DNA of 64,000 nucleotides from Mobula hypostoma (lineage: Eukaryota), in NCBI RefSeq assembly GCF_963921235.1, contig NC_086108.1:113586001-113650000 (forward strand). Reading direction: 5' to 3'. The notes below the pieces were generated by a model. The model was not told the origin of the DNA. It saw only the letters and a program-made list of their open reading frames with translations, and made no database searches. The translations under genes were made by a program, and so were the position numbers. Shown here piece by piece: positions 14,505 to 27,543 of this stretch (position 1 is its first letter; every line of letters starts with the position of its first letter).

Positions 14505-15975
14505 GAATTCAATATGAATTATGAATTGACTTTATTACTTACATCCTTCATATACATGAGGAGAAAATAACTTTACATTACGTCTCTGTCTAAATGTGCA
14601 ATGTGCAATTTATAGTAACTTACAATGAATAGTATGTACAACAGGATAGTCACTATAATACAGAAATACAATTGTCTCAGCATGAATTAATCAGTCTGAT
14701 GGCCTGGTGGAATAAGCTGTTCCGGAGACTGTTGGTCCTGGTTTTTATGCTGCGGTACTGTTTCCCAGATGGTAGCAGCTGGAACAGTTTGCGGTTGGGG
14801 TGACTCCAGTCATCAATGATCCTTCGGGCCCTTTTTACACACCTGTCCTTGTAAATGTCCTGAATAGTGGGAAATTCACAACTACAGATGCGCTGGGCTG
14901 TCCGTATCACTCTCTGCAGAGTCCTGCGATTAAGGGAAGTACAGTTCCCATACCAGGCAGTGATGCAGTCAGTCAGGATGCTCTCAATCGTGCCCCTGTA
15001 GAAAGTTCTTAGGATTTGGGAGCCCATACCAAACTTCCTCAACCGTCTAAGGTGAAAGAGGCACTTTGTGCTTTTTTCACCACACAACCATTACGTACAG
15101 ACCATGTGAGATCCTTGGTAATGAGTATGCCAAGGAACTTAAAGCTCTCAACCCCAGATCCATTGATGTCAATAGGGGTAAGCCTGTCTCCATTCCTCCC
15201 GTTGTCCACCACCAGCTCCTTTGTTTTTGTGACATTCAGGGAGAGATTGTTTTCTTGACACCATTGTGTCAGGGTGATGACTACTTCTCTGTAGGCTACC
15301 TCGTTATTATTTGAGATTAGACCAATCAATGTAGTATCGTCAGCAAATTTAATTAGCAGATTGGAGCTGTGGATGGCGACACAGTCATGGGTATACAGAG
15401 AGTAAAGGAGGGGACTCAGTACGCAGCCCTGAGGGGCTCCTGTGTTGAGAGTCAGAGGGTTGAAGGTGAGGGAGCCCACTCTTACAACCAGCCGGCAATC
15501 TGACAGGAAGTCCAGGATCCAGCTGCACAAGGTAGGGTCAAGGACGAGGTCTCTGAGCTTCTTGTCGAGCCTGGATGGAACTAAGGTGTTGAGTGCGGAA
15601 CTGTAGTCCAAGAACAGCATTCTCACATAAGCATCCTTCTTCTCCAGGTGTGCAAAGACAGTGTGTAGAGCAGTGGCTATTGTGTCATCTGTTGATCGGT
15701 TGTGTCTGTAGGAGAATTGTAGGGGCCTAGTGTGGGTGGTAGCAAGCTGCAGATGTGGTCCTTGACCAGCCTCTCAAAGCATTTGCTTATTATTGAGATG
15801 AGTGTGACAGGACGCCAGGCATTCAGGCATGTTACCTTGGTCTTTTTAGGAATGGGATAATGGTGGATAATTTGAAGCAGGAGGGCACTCTACACTGGGA
15901 GAGGGAGAGATTAATAATGTCTGTAAACACACCTGCCAGTTGTGCCGCACACTCTGACTACCCGCCCTGGGATGC
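14505..15975 (-). mobile_element. Rex1-like LINE (RT), nested in the Gypsy pol region
   Basis: ORFs 15039-15626 ([26 protein letters not shown]) and 14677-15087. Confidence 0.9.
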
Positions 15976-17071
15976 CAATCAAAATGCACATCACACCTGG
16001 GAGGGCATTAGTTTTGTACTGCAATGCCTCCCCGTATGGTGTTGGTGCAGTGCTAACCCTAAAGCATATGGACGGTGATGAAAAGCCTGTCGTTTTTGCA
16101 TGATGCACTCTTAGCCCAGCCGAATGAAAGAATAGTTGGACAAGGTAGCATTGGCAGTTGTTTCGGGGGGTCATGCATTTTCAGTGTTACCTGTATGGGT
16201 AATGTTTCAAGGTCCATACGGACCACAAGCCATCGGTGGGATTGCTTGGTGAGATCAAGACCGTACCGCAGATGGCATCACCAAAGATGCAATGGTAGGC
16301 CCTACACCCATCCACCCGTCCACTCATCTGTACACAAAATGTTATGTTCCTGATAGACACAGTAACATTGCAGATGCCATAAGACATCTTCCACTACATA
16401 ACATGAATATCCTCGCAAGTCAGACCTTCCAAGCGAGCTGGTACAACTTATGGACTGGGTCAACAGATCTCTGATCACCGCTTCTCAGGTTAAAGAAGAA
16501 GCTGAGCGAGATGTAAAGTTGGCACAAGTGAAAAGTTACGTAGAAGATGAACGGCCAACTTGTGTGTGCTAAACTGCGCCACCCTGTGCCATGCATCAAA
16601 ATCAAGCTTAGCACCTATAATGGTCATCTGAGGAGAACCATGCCAGCAGTCTTAATCTTTAAATGCGCCCATACTTACGGTTCAATGGCATTGGCTCACT
16701 AAACCAAGGAGACACTTACACAGACTATGAAGGTCCATTATATGGCCATAAGCATTGCTAGTTGTTGATGTGCATTCTAAACGGATCGAGGCCAAAGCGG
16801 TGAAGACTTCGACCAGCCAGATGACGATAAACGTCTTACGCGCACTATTTTGTACACATGGAATGTACACCCTGATTCTGTGGTCTGTGATAATGGCGTG
16901 CATTTACAAGTGAAAAATTCAAACTATTTTTGCAAGACAATGGAGTTCAACTGCACCATACGTCGCCTTATCACCCATCATCAAAAGGTATGGCTGAAAG
17001 AGCTGTTCAGGCTGTCAAGCAGGATATACAAAAGTTGAATGGGGACATACCAGATCAACCAATTTTAGATT

Positions 17072-17689
17072 ATGAAGACACGTAGTCCTCTTTTATTGTC
17101 ATTTAGTAATGCATGCATTAAGAAATGATACAATATTTCCTCCGGTGTGATATCACAAAACACAGGACAGACCAAGACTGAAAAAAACTAACAAAACCAC
17201 ATAATTATAACATATAGTTACAACAGTGCAACAATACCATAACTTGCTGAAGAAATCCATGAGCATAGTAAAAGTTTCAAAGTCTCCCAAATGTCCCACA
17301 TCTCACGCAGACGGAGAGAAGGAAGAAAAACTCTCCCTGCCATACCCGACCACTGTCCGACTCTGAGTCATCCGAAAACTTCGAGCTCTGATCAGCTCTC
17401 CGACACCGAGTACTGAGCGCCATCTCTGTCCGAACGATTCTACCTCCTTCTCGGTCACCAAAAGCAGGCAAGGCGGGAATTTTGAGGCCTACCCTCCGAA
17501 AGATTCCCAACCGCACAGTAACGACAGCAGCGAACGAGTGTTTCAGAAATTTCTCCAGATGTTCCTCTGTGCTTTCACATCTGTCTCCATCAAATCAGAA
17601 TTGTCCACGGCCCCTATTTAACGGATACGATATCATTTTTCACCGGAGGGCTGCGCACACGCGGCGCGCTGCTCTCTCTCCTCCCGCTC
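17072..17689 (-). mobile_element. Non-coding ~620-bp SINE-like insertion in the Gypsy integrase
   Basis: Flanked by TTAGATT repeats (17065-17071, 17690-17696); minus-strand AATAAA then an aatct-type tail; CpG-rich 5' end; integrase sequence resumes on both sides. Confidence 0.7.
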
Positions 17690-18394
17690 TTAGATTTTTG
17701 CTCAAGATCCAGATAACCCCACAAACAACCCCAAGTTTCTCTCAATCTGAGCTATTGATAGGCCTCAGGTTGCATCCCCCATTTGATTTATTGTGCCCAG
17801 AGCCAGAAAACGGCATGAGAGACAGACGGCAGGCGATGAAGGTGCAGTACGATTCAAACGCGGAACATCAGGATGTTGAGGTCGGAGATCAGTTTCTGTT
17901 CACTTTGAACCCTGAGAGCTGAAGGTGGACGAAAGGGGAAGTTTTGGTGAAAGAGGGCCAACAAGTTAGTTTAGCAATTGAGGATGGTAGTGTATGCAGC
18001 CGACATCTAGAGCAGAACAGGCTGGTGAACAAGACAGGTTAGCACCACAACCTGCTGAAGCAGAACCCTCAATCGAAAACGGTGAATCCGGGCCAACACT
18101 CAGTCCTGGAGTTTCTGGATTGCGCCAGTCCCAACCGACCAGAAAACTGGTGGAATATTACCAGGCTGGTTTTGCCTAAAAGCTTACATGTCCTATCCAC
18201 CAGGTGACCGGTTATAGGTCTGTTATGCAACATCACTGGATTGGTCGATTTTGTGGGCTTGTCCATCCATCAATGAACATCTGACCTACTAATCCATTGC
18301 ATGTGAATGTGTTCGTTGTTTCTGGTGACTACAAGTCAAGCAGACCTATTTGGCTGCACTGTTCCAGCCTGTGGGTTTTTCTTTAATTCTGGCA

Positions 18395-19235
18395 GTGAAA
18401 CCACTGAGCACCTACACTCCATCTGCCTAAACTAACTTCCCAGTGGCCTTTTCCTTCTCCCTGGGCCTCCTGTCCCATGATCCTCTCGTATCCCTTTTGC
18501 CAATCACCTGTCCAGCTCTTGGCTCCATCCCTCCCCCTCCTGTCTTCTCCTGTCATTTTGGATCTCCCCCTCCCCCTCCCACTTTCAAATCTCTTACTAA
18601 CTCTCCTTTCAGTTAGTCCTGACGAAGGGTCTCGGCCCGAAACGTCGACTGTACCTCTTCCTAGAGATGCTGCCTGGCCTGCTGCGTTCACCAGCAACTT
18701 TGATGTGTGTTGCTTGGTTCTCAGTGGCCAGACATTTTAATACCAATTCCCATTCCCATTCCAACATGTTGGTCCATAGCCTCCTCTTGTGCCACGAGGC
18801 TACTCTCAGAGTGGAGGAGCAACAACTTATATTTCATCTGGGTAGCCTCCAACCTGATGATATGAATATCGATTTTTCCTTCTGGTTGAAATGTATTCCC
18901 TCCTCTTTCCCTCTCTAGCCTTTTAACTCTTCGCAGCTGCCTATTACCTCCCCCTACTGCCCGTCCTCCTCCTCTTTCTTCTGTGGTCAACTCTCCTCTC
19001 CTCTCAGATTCCTTCCTCTACAGCCCTTTACCTTTCCAACTACCTGGCTTCACCCATCACTCTGTAGCTTGTCCTCCTTCCCCTCCCACCACCTTTTTAT
19101 TCTGGCATCTTGCCCCTTCCTTTCCAGACCTCGGCCCAAAATGTCGACTGTTTGTTCATCTCCATGTCTGACCTGCTGAGTTCCTCCAGCATTTTGTATG
19201 CATCGCTCTAGATTCCCAGCATCTGTAGAATCCCT
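18395..19235 (+). mobile_element. Penelope-like fragments (GIY-YIG C-end plus pLTRs), with a younger pLTR inserted at about 18445-18720
   Basis: VARHFN...EEQQLIFHLGSLQPDDMNIDFS peptide; pLTR nearly identical to that at 29078-29236. Confidence 0.85.
18615..18650 (+). ncRNA. Minimal type-I hammerhead ribozyme in a Penelope pLTR
   Basis: AGTC-CTGACGA-AGGGTCTCGGCCC-GAAA-CGTC-GACT: intact core, stem I AGTC/GACT, stem II GGGT/GCCC, GUC cleavage triplet, palindromic ACGT at stem III. Confidence 0.85.
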
Positions 19236-19947
19236 TCTGATTAGGATCACATAGCATTTTTTTTTAAAGAACTATGCAATTCAAAATTGATTTACACTAA
19301 CAGTTATTTCTGAATAAAATTAACCAACTTGTGAGCTGGTGTTTCTATTTGTGATCCACGTTACTACATCTCAGTTTATTCCTATCTATTTATCTATCTA
19401 TCTATCAATTTATTTAGGGATACTGTACAGCAGGAACAGGCCCTTCTGCCCAACGAGCTGTGCTAGCCAATTGAACCCTAGCCTAATCATGGGACAATTA
19501 ACCTACAAACTGGTACATCTTTGGAGTGTGGAGGGAAACTGGAGCTGGAATTGAACTTTGTGATCAAATGCTCATCGCTAATGTGGCATCCTTTTGGGAA
19601 GAACAGTTATTCTGTTCTTCCCGTGATACAAGACATGACCCGGAGCTGAAACACTATATGACAAGCACCTTGCGGCAGTCTCTGCCGGGCTACAAGCTCA
19701 CAGTGCCGTATTCTTGTTTTTCTCATTGTTTAAAAAAATACAATGGAGGGAGACTTAGGGGTACAGGTGTGCACACAGAGTGGCTACTTTATTAGGTACA
19801 TCTGCTCTTTAGTACAAATATCTAATGCAAGAATCGCCCACAATGCCTGTCATTGTTTGGAAGCCGATCCAGTTCCGTGAGGTTGGATTAGGCTGCAGAG
19901 TTATTATTTTCCTGTGAATGCCAGCAAAAAATGAATCTCAATGTACA

Positions 19948-20430
19948 GACACTTAGTTGCCACTTTATTAGGTACACCTGTACAACTGCTCGTTAATGCA
20001 AATATCTAATTAACCAATCATGTGACAGCAACTCAGTGCATAAAAGCATGCCGACATGGTCAAGAGATTCAGTTGTTGTTCAAATCAATCATCAGAATGA
20101 GGAAGAAATGTGATCTCTGTAACTTTGACCGTGGAATGATTGTTGGTGCCAGATGGGGTGGTTTGAGTATCTCAGAAACACTGATCTCCTGGGATTTTCA
20201 CTCACAACAGTCTGTAGAGTTTACAAAGAATGGTGCGAAAAACAAAAAGAAAATCCAGAGAGCAGCAGTTCCGTAAAACACCTTGTTAATGAGAGAGGTC
20301 AGACTAGTTCAAACTGACAGGAAGGCGACTCATATAACCACACATTATAACAGTGGTGTGCAGAACAGCGTCTCTGAATGCACATGTCAAACCTTGAAGT
20401 GGATGTGCTACAGCATCAGAAGACCACAAA
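19948..20430 (+). mobile_element. Tc1-like DNA transposon 5' fragment
   Basis: MRKKCDLCNFDRGMIVGARWGGLSISET resembles a Tc1 transposase N-terminal HTH; end motif cactttattaggtaca. Confidence 0.75.
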
Positions 20431-22949
20431 CTTAAAATCAGTAGCTACTTTATTAGGTACAGATGGTATTGAGTGTAGTTCCTTTTAAAGATAAAAGATT
20501 AGTTTCATTTGTCAGAGGTATACAAAACATTGAAATCTACAGTGAATGTTTCACTTGTATCAATGACCTACACAGTCTGACTCCATCATGGGAGGTATTA
20601 TGTTGTACCATTGTCAAATGGGGGCCACCCGCAAATGTCACGATGCTTTTGACACTAACATAGCATCCACACAACTTACTAACCCTAACCAGTACGACTT
20701 TGGAATCTGGGAGGAAACCAGAGCACCCAGAGAAAAGTCACGCTGTCACTGGGAGGATGTACAAACTCCTCACAGACAGAGGTGGGAATTGAACCCCGGT
20801 CACTGGCACCAGAAAGCACATCCTCACATCTGGGGAGCACTGAGGTCAGGGTGTATCTATGGGGAAAGACTTGCTGTTTAGACTGAGCTGGTGGGCAGCT
20901 TAGTCAAGTTTATGTGACTCTTTGGAACCCACTGCCTGTGGGAGTGTGGAGATTCAGTCCGTCAAGGCTGACAGAGGAAGACCTTTGGACTGTGAGAAAA
21001 GTCGTGAGTCAGGTGGAGAAATGGAGAAGGCAGTGAAGTTTTCAATAAGAGGCCCAGGAGACTGAGGCAATGCTCTTCATCGCTGCATTTTACGTTGCAG
21101 CTGAGACACCAACAGAGGGAGACAGAAGGTGCAGCTGATTGTACTTTGAGAAAAGCAGTGGGTCGTGCGATTACAACCAATAATAGGGATACTAACAGAG
21201 CAAGTCAGTGAACGACACCAACAGGAGAGCTGGAGAAAGGTGATGGTGAGTACAGGTAGGCCAGATAAATCCAGAGGCAAGGAGAGGGAAAGATGGGTTT
21301 CGTGGTAAGATCACGTAGTAGATGGCAGCAGTTATGGAGAATGATGCACTGGATACAGAGGCTCGAATATTGCTGGGTTGGGACGAGGGGAACCCTATCC
21401 CTATCAACACGACCTCTGTTTTGTTTTGTGGCTGCCTGTGAGAAGATGAATCTCGAGGTTGTATAATGCATACGTAGTTTGATAATAAGTATACATTGAA
21501 CTTTACTCTTCACAGGGATCACTCTTCCCGCGATTCCTCTGTCCATTTGTCCCTCTCCACTCATCTCCCTCATGAAGGCCTAAAGATTGGAACTCCAGAA
21601 GTCAAAGCCCGATGGCCGAAGTCTAGAGTGAAGACTCCATGTCCTGTTCTAGGATTGCAGTTCTGTCCGTATGGGTGGGAGGAAAGGAAGAAAAGGGCTT
21701 TTTTTTCCTGTTTCTTTTGGTGTTGTTTCATGCATTCTGTTCTGTGATGTTGGTGTTGCCTGCGTCACGCTGCTGAACATTGTGGGCATCCGTGGATGAC
21801 ATCAGAATGTGTGACATCACTTACGGCTGCACTCACCACATGCATAAGTGTGTTGGTTGTTAATGCAAACGATGCATTTCAAAGTATGTTTCCATGTGCT
21901 ACACCTGCCCCTTCACCTCCTCCCTCACCACCATTCAGAGTTCCAGGTGAAGCAGCATTTCATTTGCCAGTCGGTCGGAGTCATCTACACTGGGGAGATC
22001 CAACACAGACTGGGGGACCAACTTGTCAAGCACCTTCGCTCTGTCATCCACTAAAGACAAGACCTTCTGATGGCCACCCATTTCAATTCAACTTCCCATT
22101 CCCACTCCAACATATCTGTTCATGGCTTCTTCTATTGCCATGACAATGTCAAAGTCAGGTTGGACAAGTAACACTTTATATTTCGTATGGGCACCCCTCC
22201 TTAGATGCTGCCTGACCTGCTGAGTTCCTCCAGCATTTTCTGTCTGCTGCTCTGGATTTCCAGCATCTGCAGAATCTCCTGTGTTTATGGAGACCTCACC
22301 AGCAGTGGAGAGTCACTGTGTGCAGATCAATCACAGTTTAACTAGAGATTCACATCTCTCTCTGTTAACAGTGCACCTCCCACAATAAACACAGTCAGTG
22401 GCCAAGAGTAGAGGAGGCATTGATCAAGAGCCTGCCAGCTCCTTCACATTAATCTCAGGTCTTGTCCACTGTTCCTTGTTTCTGTTTTGTGGGCAAGGAG
22501 AAACTGGCAGGGTGTCTCGAGCAAGTCAAAGTAAAATATATTATCAAAGCACATATAAGTTACTAAATACTACTGTACTATCATGAGATTCATTTTATTG
22601 CAGGCATTTACAGGAAAATAAAAAATACAATCGAATTTATTGAGAAAAATCAATGTGGAAAAGACTAATTTTGCAAATTAAAATTATACCCAGAACACAA
22701 GTTGTAAGAAGTCGTTGAAAGTGAGTCTGTAGGTTGTCGAATCAGTTCAGAGTTGTGATGAGTGAAGTTATCCACACCAGTTCAGGAGCCTGTTGGTTGT
22801 AGGGTAATAACCGTCCTTGAACCTGATGGCAGGACCTAATGTTCCTGTGCTTCCTACCCGATAGTAGTAGTGAGAAGGGAGCACAACGTGGGTCCTTGAT
22901 GGTAGAACCTGCTTTCTTTTATGCAAAAAGTCAGCGAGCTGATGCCCAA

Positions 22950-23600
22950 GTGGGAAGAGACCCGCGCCTTCCGCCATACGGTGTTGAACTGCAACCAGCT
23001 AGCTGACTGTATCTGCCCTTGCGGTGAAGCCTGGATACTGCCGCAATCCAGATCAAAGCCTACAATGCCGAGATGGAGCAATGGAAACAAACCGACTCCG
23101 GGACTTGAGAAGCCGCAGGCAGGAGCGGTCACGCTCGGGCCTGTGTCCGCCGCTGAAACCCACTCAGTTTTGCCCGCTTTCACCGGGTGCGTGACGAGCT
23201 CCGGCCACCAAGGCCATGGCGGCAGAGCGCTCCCACAATCCATGGCGCGGCAGAATACACACCGGCAGCCTGCGTCATGCTGCATTGTGGGAGAGCGTCC
23301 CACCGCCTATTGACAAAGGGGCGGGGAAACGGGCGTCACACGTCACGAAACGGGATGGCGTCACGAGATATAGGTACCCCGCCTGCGAAGCCCCTGGTTA
23401 ATTATTTCCGAATAAACCACAACTGATCAAAAGGTACTGACTCTGCAGCTTCCGGCAGTTACGGGCAGGGCGGATGCCGTGACAACCACACGAGGTTCTG
23501 CAAACGCAGAATGCTGCAGGAACTCAAACAGGCCAGGGGGAATAAACAGCCGACGATTCGGGCCGAGACCCTTCATCGGGGCCGGAGCGGAGGGTGTGGG
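22950..23600. promoter_or_regulatory. CpG island / housekeeping-type promoter
   Basis: Dense CpG in non-repeat DNA. Two inverted ZNF143-like motifs (TCCCACAAT at 23231; GCATTGTGGGA at 23282), GC box GGGGCGGGG at 23318, several CGTCA half-sites, ETS-like CTTCCGG near 23449, and minus-strand GCCGCCATGG at 23214-23223. Confidence 0.7.
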
Positions 23601-24129
23601 GAGCAGGAGGTGACAGGTGAGGGGTGAGGTAGGTGGGTAGGGCTGTGGAGGGATAACGTGAGAAGCTCGGGAGTAGGTGGGTGGAAGGTGTGAAGGACTG
23701 GAGAGGAGACTGGACCGTGGGAGGAGCGGGACCAGAGGGAGGTGAGGAAGAGAAGGGGTGAGAGGGGACCCAGAATGGGGAATGGAAGAAGAGAGGGAGG
23801 AGAAATCGATGTACATGCTATCAGGCTGGAGGTTACCCCAAATGGAATATGAGGTCCCTCATCCTGAGATTGGCATAGTAGTGGCAGCAGTAGAGATATA
23901 TCAGATTGGAAATGGGAAGTTGAATAGAAGAGGGTATCCAATAGGAGATCCTGCCTTTTGCTGCAGACAGAGCAAATGCATTTGACAAATTACCCCCAAT
24001 CTGTGTTGGGTCTTCTGTAGGTGCTGGAAATCTTGAGCAATACACACTTGTTGGAGGAACTAAGCAAGCTGGACAGCAACTATGGAGTGGAATAATCCCC
24101 TTTAAATCTCCTCTCTTTAAATCAATGTC

Positions 24130-24380
24130 AGACATGGGGAAAATGTTCATGCCGTATACCCTGACATAACTCTGCCATGGACGGTTGCAAAAGGAGGAGG
24201 GTTTGCATGGGGCTAGCAACCCTGTCCTCTAAAAACACAGAGCTACAGAAATGCCAACAGAAGCTCCAAGACCACATCCCTGGCAGAGGGAGAAGATGGA
24301 CTACACCTGGGATAACTGGAAAGACTGGCCCAGGACAGATGACTCTGGTGAGCTGTTGTCAGCGGCTTATGCCCTAGTAG
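24130..24380 (+). mobile_element. Short non-autonomous RTE-type retroelement
   Basis: 5' motif gggtttgcatggggctagcaaccctgtcc joined to an RTE-like 3' end (actggcccaggacaga..tggtgagctgttgtcagcggcttatgccc). Confidence 0.45.
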
Positions 24381-24892
24381 AGAGTAGTACCTTGTCCATA
24401 CTGTTCATAATTTTATGCTTACCACTCACCTACAAACTTGGAGTGTTACATTAACCTACCAAATTGTACACCTTTTTGGGCCTTCCAATGGAAATCTATG
24501 GTCTTATACAAGCAGAATCGGAGGTCAGGATTGTACCCAGGTCACACTTATGCTGTGAGGAGACATGGATTAACCTTGGTTGCATTCTTTGGGGTGGTGG
24601 AGACAGACGGGAGACTTGACAGAAGTCTATGAGAGGCCTGGAGTAGACAGCCAGTATATATTTCCCATGGTAGAAATGTCTAATACCAGAGGACATGCTT
24701 TTAAGATAAAAGGGGGAAAGTTTTAGGGTTCAAAGAAGATGGGCAGGCCATGCCTGGTTCGCTGCTGCTGCTACTGTGTGATGGAGAATCTTCAGAGGGA
24801 TGGCCCCAAATCCTCTGGAATTTGCTGCTAGGAGTTGCTCTGCTTTCTGGTCCAAGACTCTCCCACTATTAGAAACATCCTCTCTATCTAGG

Positions 24893-26291
24893 TGTAAGGG
24901 GGTTTCGTCTTTTATTGCGTAGGCTGATTAAAATGGCTTGTTATGTTATAGACCATAAGACAAAGGAGCAGAAGTAGGCCATTCGGCCCATCGAGTCTGC
25001 TCCGTCATTTTATCATGAGCTGATCCATTTTATCCTATTTCGTCCCACTGCCCCGCCTTCTCACCATAACCTTTGATGCCCTGGCTACTCAGATACCTAT
25101 CAATCTCTGCCTTAAATACACCCAATGACTTGGCCTCCACTGCTGCCCATGGCAACAAATTCCATAGATTCACCACCCTCTGACTAAAAAATTTTTTTCG
25201 CATTTCTGTTCTGAAAGGGCGCCCTTCAATCCTGAAGTCATGCTCTCTCGTACTAGACTCCTCCATCATAGGAAACAACTTTGCCACATCCACTCTGTCC
25301 ATGCCTTTTAACATTCGAAATGTTTCTATGAGGTCTCCCCTCATTCTTCTAAACTCCAAGGAATACAGTCCAAGAGCGGACAAACGTTCCTCATATATTA
25401 ACCCTCTCATTCCCAGAACACAGTCCAAGAGCAGACAAACGTTCCTCATATGTTAACCCTCTCATTCCCAGAATCAATCTAGTGAATCTTCTCTGAACCC
25501 TCTTCAACGTCAGCACATCCTTTCTTAAATAAGGAGCCCAAAACTGCCCACAGTACTCCAAGTGAGGTCTCACCAGCACCTTATAGAGCCTCAACATCAC
25601 ATCCCTGCTCCTATGCTCTATTCCTCTGGAAATGAATGCCAACATTGCATTTGCCTTCTTCTCGGGAATGCTTCTTTGTTACGCTGAGAAAGTCTCCAGC
25701 TAGACATTTGCTTGGGTTGATACAGACAGCAGAGTGCTATTAACCAATTGGGATAGTTGTTATGATTTTGGTGTATCTGGGAGATTCGTATGCGCGGGGT
25801 TTCGGGGCAGAAGGCGGGAGAGAGAGACAGAGGATGGACCAGGTGCTGTGATGTCCGCTAACGGGGTCAGACCCCGAGGAGGGCGTTCGGCGATGAGACG
25901 GAGACGGACTCGTGTGGAGCATCAGGTCGACCATCGTTTTTGGTCTGTTGGTCCCAGGCAGCCGGTCGAGGTGGTCCGAGGGGTTGCAGGGTGAAGAAGA
26001 AGGGTCTTGAGCTTCAACTGTTTTGTTCACGAAGAGATTGAACTTTGATAAGTGTGGCGCCTTTTTATTTTCCTTTTATATTTTATTCTCTATTAATTAT
26101 GTAGTTCCAGTAATATCTATAAACTATGTCATTTAATTGTATCTGGTGTATTGTCTGTTATTTGGGCGGGGTGGGGTACATCACACAGCATCCACACAAA
26201 CTAATTACCCAGTTTGGCGGGGCCGAAGGCTGTTTCCCTACACGACAGCGAGCCGGGCGACCCTGAGGGTGGCCGGGGGGGGGGGGCTACA
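24893..26291 (+). mobile_element. Solo LTR, interrupted by a CR1 3' fragment (about 24949-25660, - strand) and itself inserted in an older CR1 fragment
   Basis: TGTAA...CTACA termini; 4-bp TSD TAGG (24889-24892, 26292-26295); flanks join into a CR1 3' sequence. Confidence 0.8.
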
Positions 26292-27368
26292 TAGGCATTC
26301 AATACGTTTCAATGAGATCCCCCCTTCCCCCTGCCCCACCTTTCATTCTTCTAAACTCCAGTGAGTACAGACCCTTCATGTATGTTAACACTTTTATTCC
26401 TGGGATCATTCTCATTCACCTCCTCTGGACTCCAATGGCAGGGGGTCCTTGGGAGGGGGTAGAAGGGAGAATCTCTAATGTGGTGAGACCTTTAATTACG
26501 TAGGCTGCTTTACCAAGGCAGAGTCTGCATATATACGGAGGTTGCAGAATGGATGCTGAGAAGATGTTTACACTGATGGAGGAGCCCAAACCAATGTATG
26601 GGGTCTCAGATCAACAGTCAGTTGTTTGAGGAAAAGATGATGAGGAATTTCTTCTGTAATGACTAATATTTTGCAATTCTTCCCAGAGCTCTGGGTGTGG
26701 AATGACTAGATTGACAGCTGAGGCAGATTTCTAGACATAGGAAATGAAGATCATGGGAAACATTCTGGAACATGGAGTTGAAGCTAATGATTAGGTTAAC
26801 CATGATCCAATCAAATATGCAACAGATATGATGGATCATTTTATCCATGAAAGGAAAGAGTTTAATTTGACATATGCTTGGTATATCCTTGGTACATGCT
26901 AAAACTGGTAACACAAAATGAAAGTTCATAAGACAAAATGGTGTCAGCTTGGAATAAGGTAATGGCCCATTTTCCCCCTTTCCTTTTTTAAATATAAATC
27001 CTTCCATTCTTTTAAAACACTGTAAAAATGATTTCAATGCTCTGTTCCAAATTTAAGTACATTAACAACATTATTCTTAACTCTAACCTCTTGACAATAA
27101 TATTTTAAAATGGCAGTCTAGTTACCCGAGGCAAAGGAAGGAAATGTTCTGCACTGCTTGCACATACGGTTAACTGACCAAGGTGAAACTACCTGTCCCA
27201 ATGTGGCCAAATCAGTGGATAAAGGGTTAAAATAATTACTGCATCTCTGAAGAATGAGAGCAACAAGCTAAAAGTACATTTATTCTATATTGTTACCCTT
27301 AATTATATAACACACACAAAATGCTGGTAGAACACAGCAGGGCAGGCAGCATCTATAGGAAGAGGTAC

Positions 27369-27404
27369 AGTCGACGTTTCGGGCCAAGACCCTTCGTCAG
27401 GACT
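27369..27404 (-). ncRNA. Minimal hammerhead ribozyme (solo pLTR fragment)
   Basis: Minus strand reads AGTC-CTGACGA-AGGGTCTTGGCCC-GAAACGTC-GACT. Confidence 0.8.
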
Positions 27405-27507
27405 TCAATGTGTATCTGTTTTTGTTGAACCTTGTTCTACCCCAGTACCATACATCAAAGTTGCTGGTGAACGCAGCAGGCCAAGCAGCATCTATAGGAA
27501 GAGGCGC

Positions 27508-27543
27508 AGTCGACGTTTCAGGCCGAGACCCTTCGTCAGGACT
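27508..27543 (-). ncRNA. Minimal hammerhead ribozyme in the Penelope 3' pLTR
   Basis: Minus strand reads AGTC-CTGACGA-AGGGTCTCGGCCT-GAAACGTC-GACT. Confidence 0.85.

Larger units (their letters stand above)
12199..18394 (+). mobile_element. Gypsy LTR retrotransposon, degraded (LTRs about 12199-12370 and 18221-18394), carrying nested insertions
   Basis: PBS TGGCGACGAGGATGGGAT (tRNA-Ser GCU type) at 12372; gag remnants (ELRKLTEFCDF); protease-like ELNTG; RT/RNase H remnants; integrase remnants at 16700-17050 and 17697-17790. Confidence 0.85.

Noticed and set aside
22921..23313. 130-aa plus-strand and 149-aa minus-strand ORFs as genes
   Set aside because: No recognisable domain; long ORFs are expected by chance in GC-rich CpG islands.
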